From positions 1 to 55,308 of IMG/VR virus record IMGVR_UViG_3300045988_083838: a DNA stretch of 55,308 bases. One strand, 5' to 3'. Shown piece by piece: positions 53,725 through 55,308 of this stretch (the stretch's first letter is position 1; each line of letters starts with the position of its first letter). Made by a program: the position numbers and the translations under genes. The notes below the pieces were generated by a model that was given only the letters and a program-made list of their open reading frames with translations, was not told the DNA's origin and made no database searches. The stretch comes from a virus.

Positions 53725-54833
53725 TAACACTAGATGAAATTACCTCTATCTCATATGTGATAGCACAAAGATTTGAAAAAGTGAATACTTATTATCTCGA
53801 TTTATTAGCCAAGCAGTTAAAGGAGATAGGAACACTATCTCCTGAAGACTTGAATATGATAGAACAAATGACAAAGACTGGCGGAAATATAGATGAAATA
53901 AATAAATATCTTATGATGCAGACAGGTTTAGCCTTAAACGATATAAATGCTTTATACTTGAAAGTAGCTAAAGATATCTATAAGGATGTATCTTATCTAT
54001 ATAAAGCCGGAAATGTTGAACAACCAAAATTTAAAGATAATAACAGGTTACAAACATATATAGCTAGTGTTCAAAAGCTCACTCAAAATACATTTATAAA
54101 CATGGCAAATACAACAGTTATAAGCAAGACCTACAGAGATACAATAGATTTTGCAGTTGATGCAGTATCAAGAGGAGTTGGGGATTATGACAAAGCTATA
54201 AAAAGGTATGTGCTTGATAAATCTGTAAATGGTGCAAGAGTACAGTATTCAAGTGGTCTTACAAGAAGATTAGATAGTGCCGCAAGAATGAATATAATGG
54301 ATGGTGTCCGTCAAATATCTAATGGTGTTAGAAAAGAATGTGGAGACCAATACGGAGCTGACGGAGTAGAGATTGATGCACATGGACTTTGTGCAGAAGA
54401 TCATATAAAAGTACAGGGTAAACAGTACACTTTGAAAGAATTCGAAAAAGTAAATGAAAACCTAAAAAGAAAGATTGGCACTTGCAACTGTAGACACCAG
54501 ATAAGTTATATCATATTAGGTGTGTCCAAACCTGCATATAGCCCAGAAGAATTACAAGAATTAAAAGAATATTCCACAGAGAAGATACAAATAAAAGATA
54601 AAGAAATTACAAGGTATCAAGCTAGTCAGCTTATGCGAAAGACAGAAACAAGTATGCGGTATAAGCAAGATGAAATTGTTACACTGAAAAAAACTGGAGT
54701 TGATATAAGTAAACAAGAAGAATCTTTGCGAAATCTAAAAAAGACTTACTACTATATAAGCAAAAGAGCTGGTTTAAGGACAAGATACGATAGAGCGTAT
54801 GTACCGGGGTTTGATATTAAAAAGTTCAGATAA
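53721..54833 (+). CDS. Head morphogenesis / minor capsid protein (SPP1 gp7 / Mu F-like)
   Basis: 370 aa immediately after the portal, with the GADGVEIDAHGLCAEDH...GTCNCRH motif region. Confidence 0.75.
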   Translation: MITLDEITSISYVIAQRFEKVNTYYLDLLAKQLKEIGTLSPEDLNMIEQMTKTGGNIDEINKYLMMQTGLALNDINALYLKVAKDIYKDVSYLYKAGNVEQPKFKDNNRLQTYIASVQKLTQNTFINMANTTVISKTYRDTIDFAVDAVSRGVGDYDKAIKRYVLDKSVNGARVQYSSGLTRRLDSAARMNIMDGVRQISNGVRKECGDQYGADGVEIDAHGLCAEDHIKVQGKQYTLKEFEKVNENLKRKIGTCNCRHQISYIILGVSKPAYSPEELQELKEYSTEKIQIKDKEITRYQASQLMRKTETSMRYKQDEIVTLKKTGVDISKQEESLRNLKKTYYYISKRAGLRTRYDRAYVPGFDIKKFR

Positions 54834-54836
54834 CAG

Positions 54837-54932
54837 TTATCAACAAGTTATCCACAGCTTAATGTGGATAACTTTTTTACTGTTTATAACCTGTTGATAA
54901 CTTGTTAATTCATACTTTACAAATGTGGATAA
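54837..54932. promoter_or_regulatory. Cluster of five DnaA-box 9-mers
   Basis: TTATCAACA (54837), TTATCCACA (54848), TGTGGATAA (54863), TGTTGATAA (54892), TGTGGATAA (54924). Confidence 0.8.
54845..54878 (+). terminator. Rho-independent terminator (same DnaA-box hairpin as at 39721)
   Basis: 12-bp stem (aagttatccaca / tgtggataactt), then tttttt. Confidence 0.8.
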
Positions 54933-54944
54933 CTTTTGTATAAT
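54916..54944 (+). promoter_or_regulatory. Consensus-like sigma-A promoter ahead of the scaffold and capsid genes, with a DnaA box in the spacer
   Basis: TTTACA, 17 nt, TATAAT. The spacer contains TGTGGATAA (54924-54932). Confidence 0.7.
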
Positions 54945-55017
54945 ACAAAATGTAAATATTCCATATCCCGGAAAGCGGGATTTATAAATCATTTTAGAAT
55001 GTAGGAGGAAAAATGAA

Positions 55018-55308
55018 GTGAAAAATATCTATGATATTTTAAAAGGTATCGGAATCGAAGTTCCGGAAGACAAAAAAGGTGATTTTGACAAGGCACTAAA
55101 CGAAAATTATAAGACGGTGAGCGAAGTCAATAATATTCAGAGCAAGCTGGAAAAGGCAGAGGGTGAACGTGATACTTATAAGACAAAGTATGACGAAGAT
55201 ATTAAGCAAAGGGATACAGATATCAAAGACCTTCAAAAGAAGCTCAAAGATGCTGGAACAGACACAGAAAAGTTATCCAAGCTTGAAACAGAACTTGGCA
55301 CACTTCAA
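55018..55308 (+). CDS. Scaffolding protein (GP20-like), N-terminal part; continues at window position 2
   Basis: GTG start 10 nt after AGGAGG. The adjacent ATG at 55013 gives only M-K-stop. Carries ILKGIGIEVPEDKKGDFDKALNENYK. Confidence 0.75.
   Translation, partial: MKNIYDILKGIGIEVPEDKKGDFDKALNENYKTVSEVNNIQSKLEKAEGERDTYKTKYDEDIKQRDTDIKDLQKKLKDAGTDTEKLSKLETELGTLQ
55254..55308. repeat. Second copy of the 55-bp terminal overlap
   Basis: Identical to 1-55. Confidence 0.95.

Noticed and set aside
323-54833. All minus-strand ORFs in the track (for example 6270-6749, 7056-7430, 22060-22704, 13326-13631, 52707-53030).
   Set aside because: Each lies entirely inside a longer, motif-supported plus-strand gene. 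They lack ribosome-binding sites and have low-complexity, Leu/Ser/Phe-rich shadow-frame composition. No minus-strand promoter or terminator signals were seen.

Overview
The window is a complete, circularly closed dsDNA tailed-phage genome. Its first 55 nt are repeated exactly as its last 55 nt, so the unique length is about 55,253 bp. It is AT-rich with AGGAGG-type ribosome-binding sites, which points to a low-GC Firmicutes host. Every credible gene is on the + strand, and I found no integrase or repressor, so it looks virulent. Going round the circle, the modules are:
- scaffold, capsid, connectors, major tail protein, chaperones, tape measure and distal tail genes (55018 through the junction to 10.7 kb)
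- a lysis cassette with a GH25/CW_7 endolysin and an r1t-type holin (10.7-12.3 kb)
- a terminator-bounded accessory cluster (12.6-15.2 kb)
- a long replication and nucleotide-metabolism region (15.2-45.7 kb)
- a phage sigma factor and a MazF-like toxin (45.8-47.5 kb)
- TerS, TerL, three unknown ORFs, portal and head-morphogenesis protein (47.6-54.8 kb)

The replication region encodes an SNF2 helicase, an initiator, a DnaC-like loader, DnaB, primase, a tRNA block, a gp32-like SSB, PolA, a sliding clamp, a Cas4-like nuclease, RuvC, RecA and clamp-loader gamma/delta-prime/delta subunits. It is cut into operons by rho-independent terminators, each followed by a copy of a highly conserved sigma-A-type promoter cassette. 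Three of those copies are identical over 56 nt.

The most interesting signals are:
1. A DpdA/FolE/QueD/QueE 7-deazaguanine DNA-modification operon (28.8-33.3 kb) that lacks QueC. It carries instead a Cys-less QueD paralogue, an orphan ORF and a GT-B glycosyltransferase-like gene.
2. Eight consensus or near-consensus DnaA boxes packed into two terminator/promoter elements (39.7 kb and 54.8 kb).
3. Non-canonical tRNA-like elements and an A34 tRNA in the tRNA block.
4. An orphan MazF-like toxin flanked by tiny membrane peptides.
5. A stand-alone LigA domain-Ia-like protein.

All calls rest on reading the sequence and translations by eye. No database search was run.
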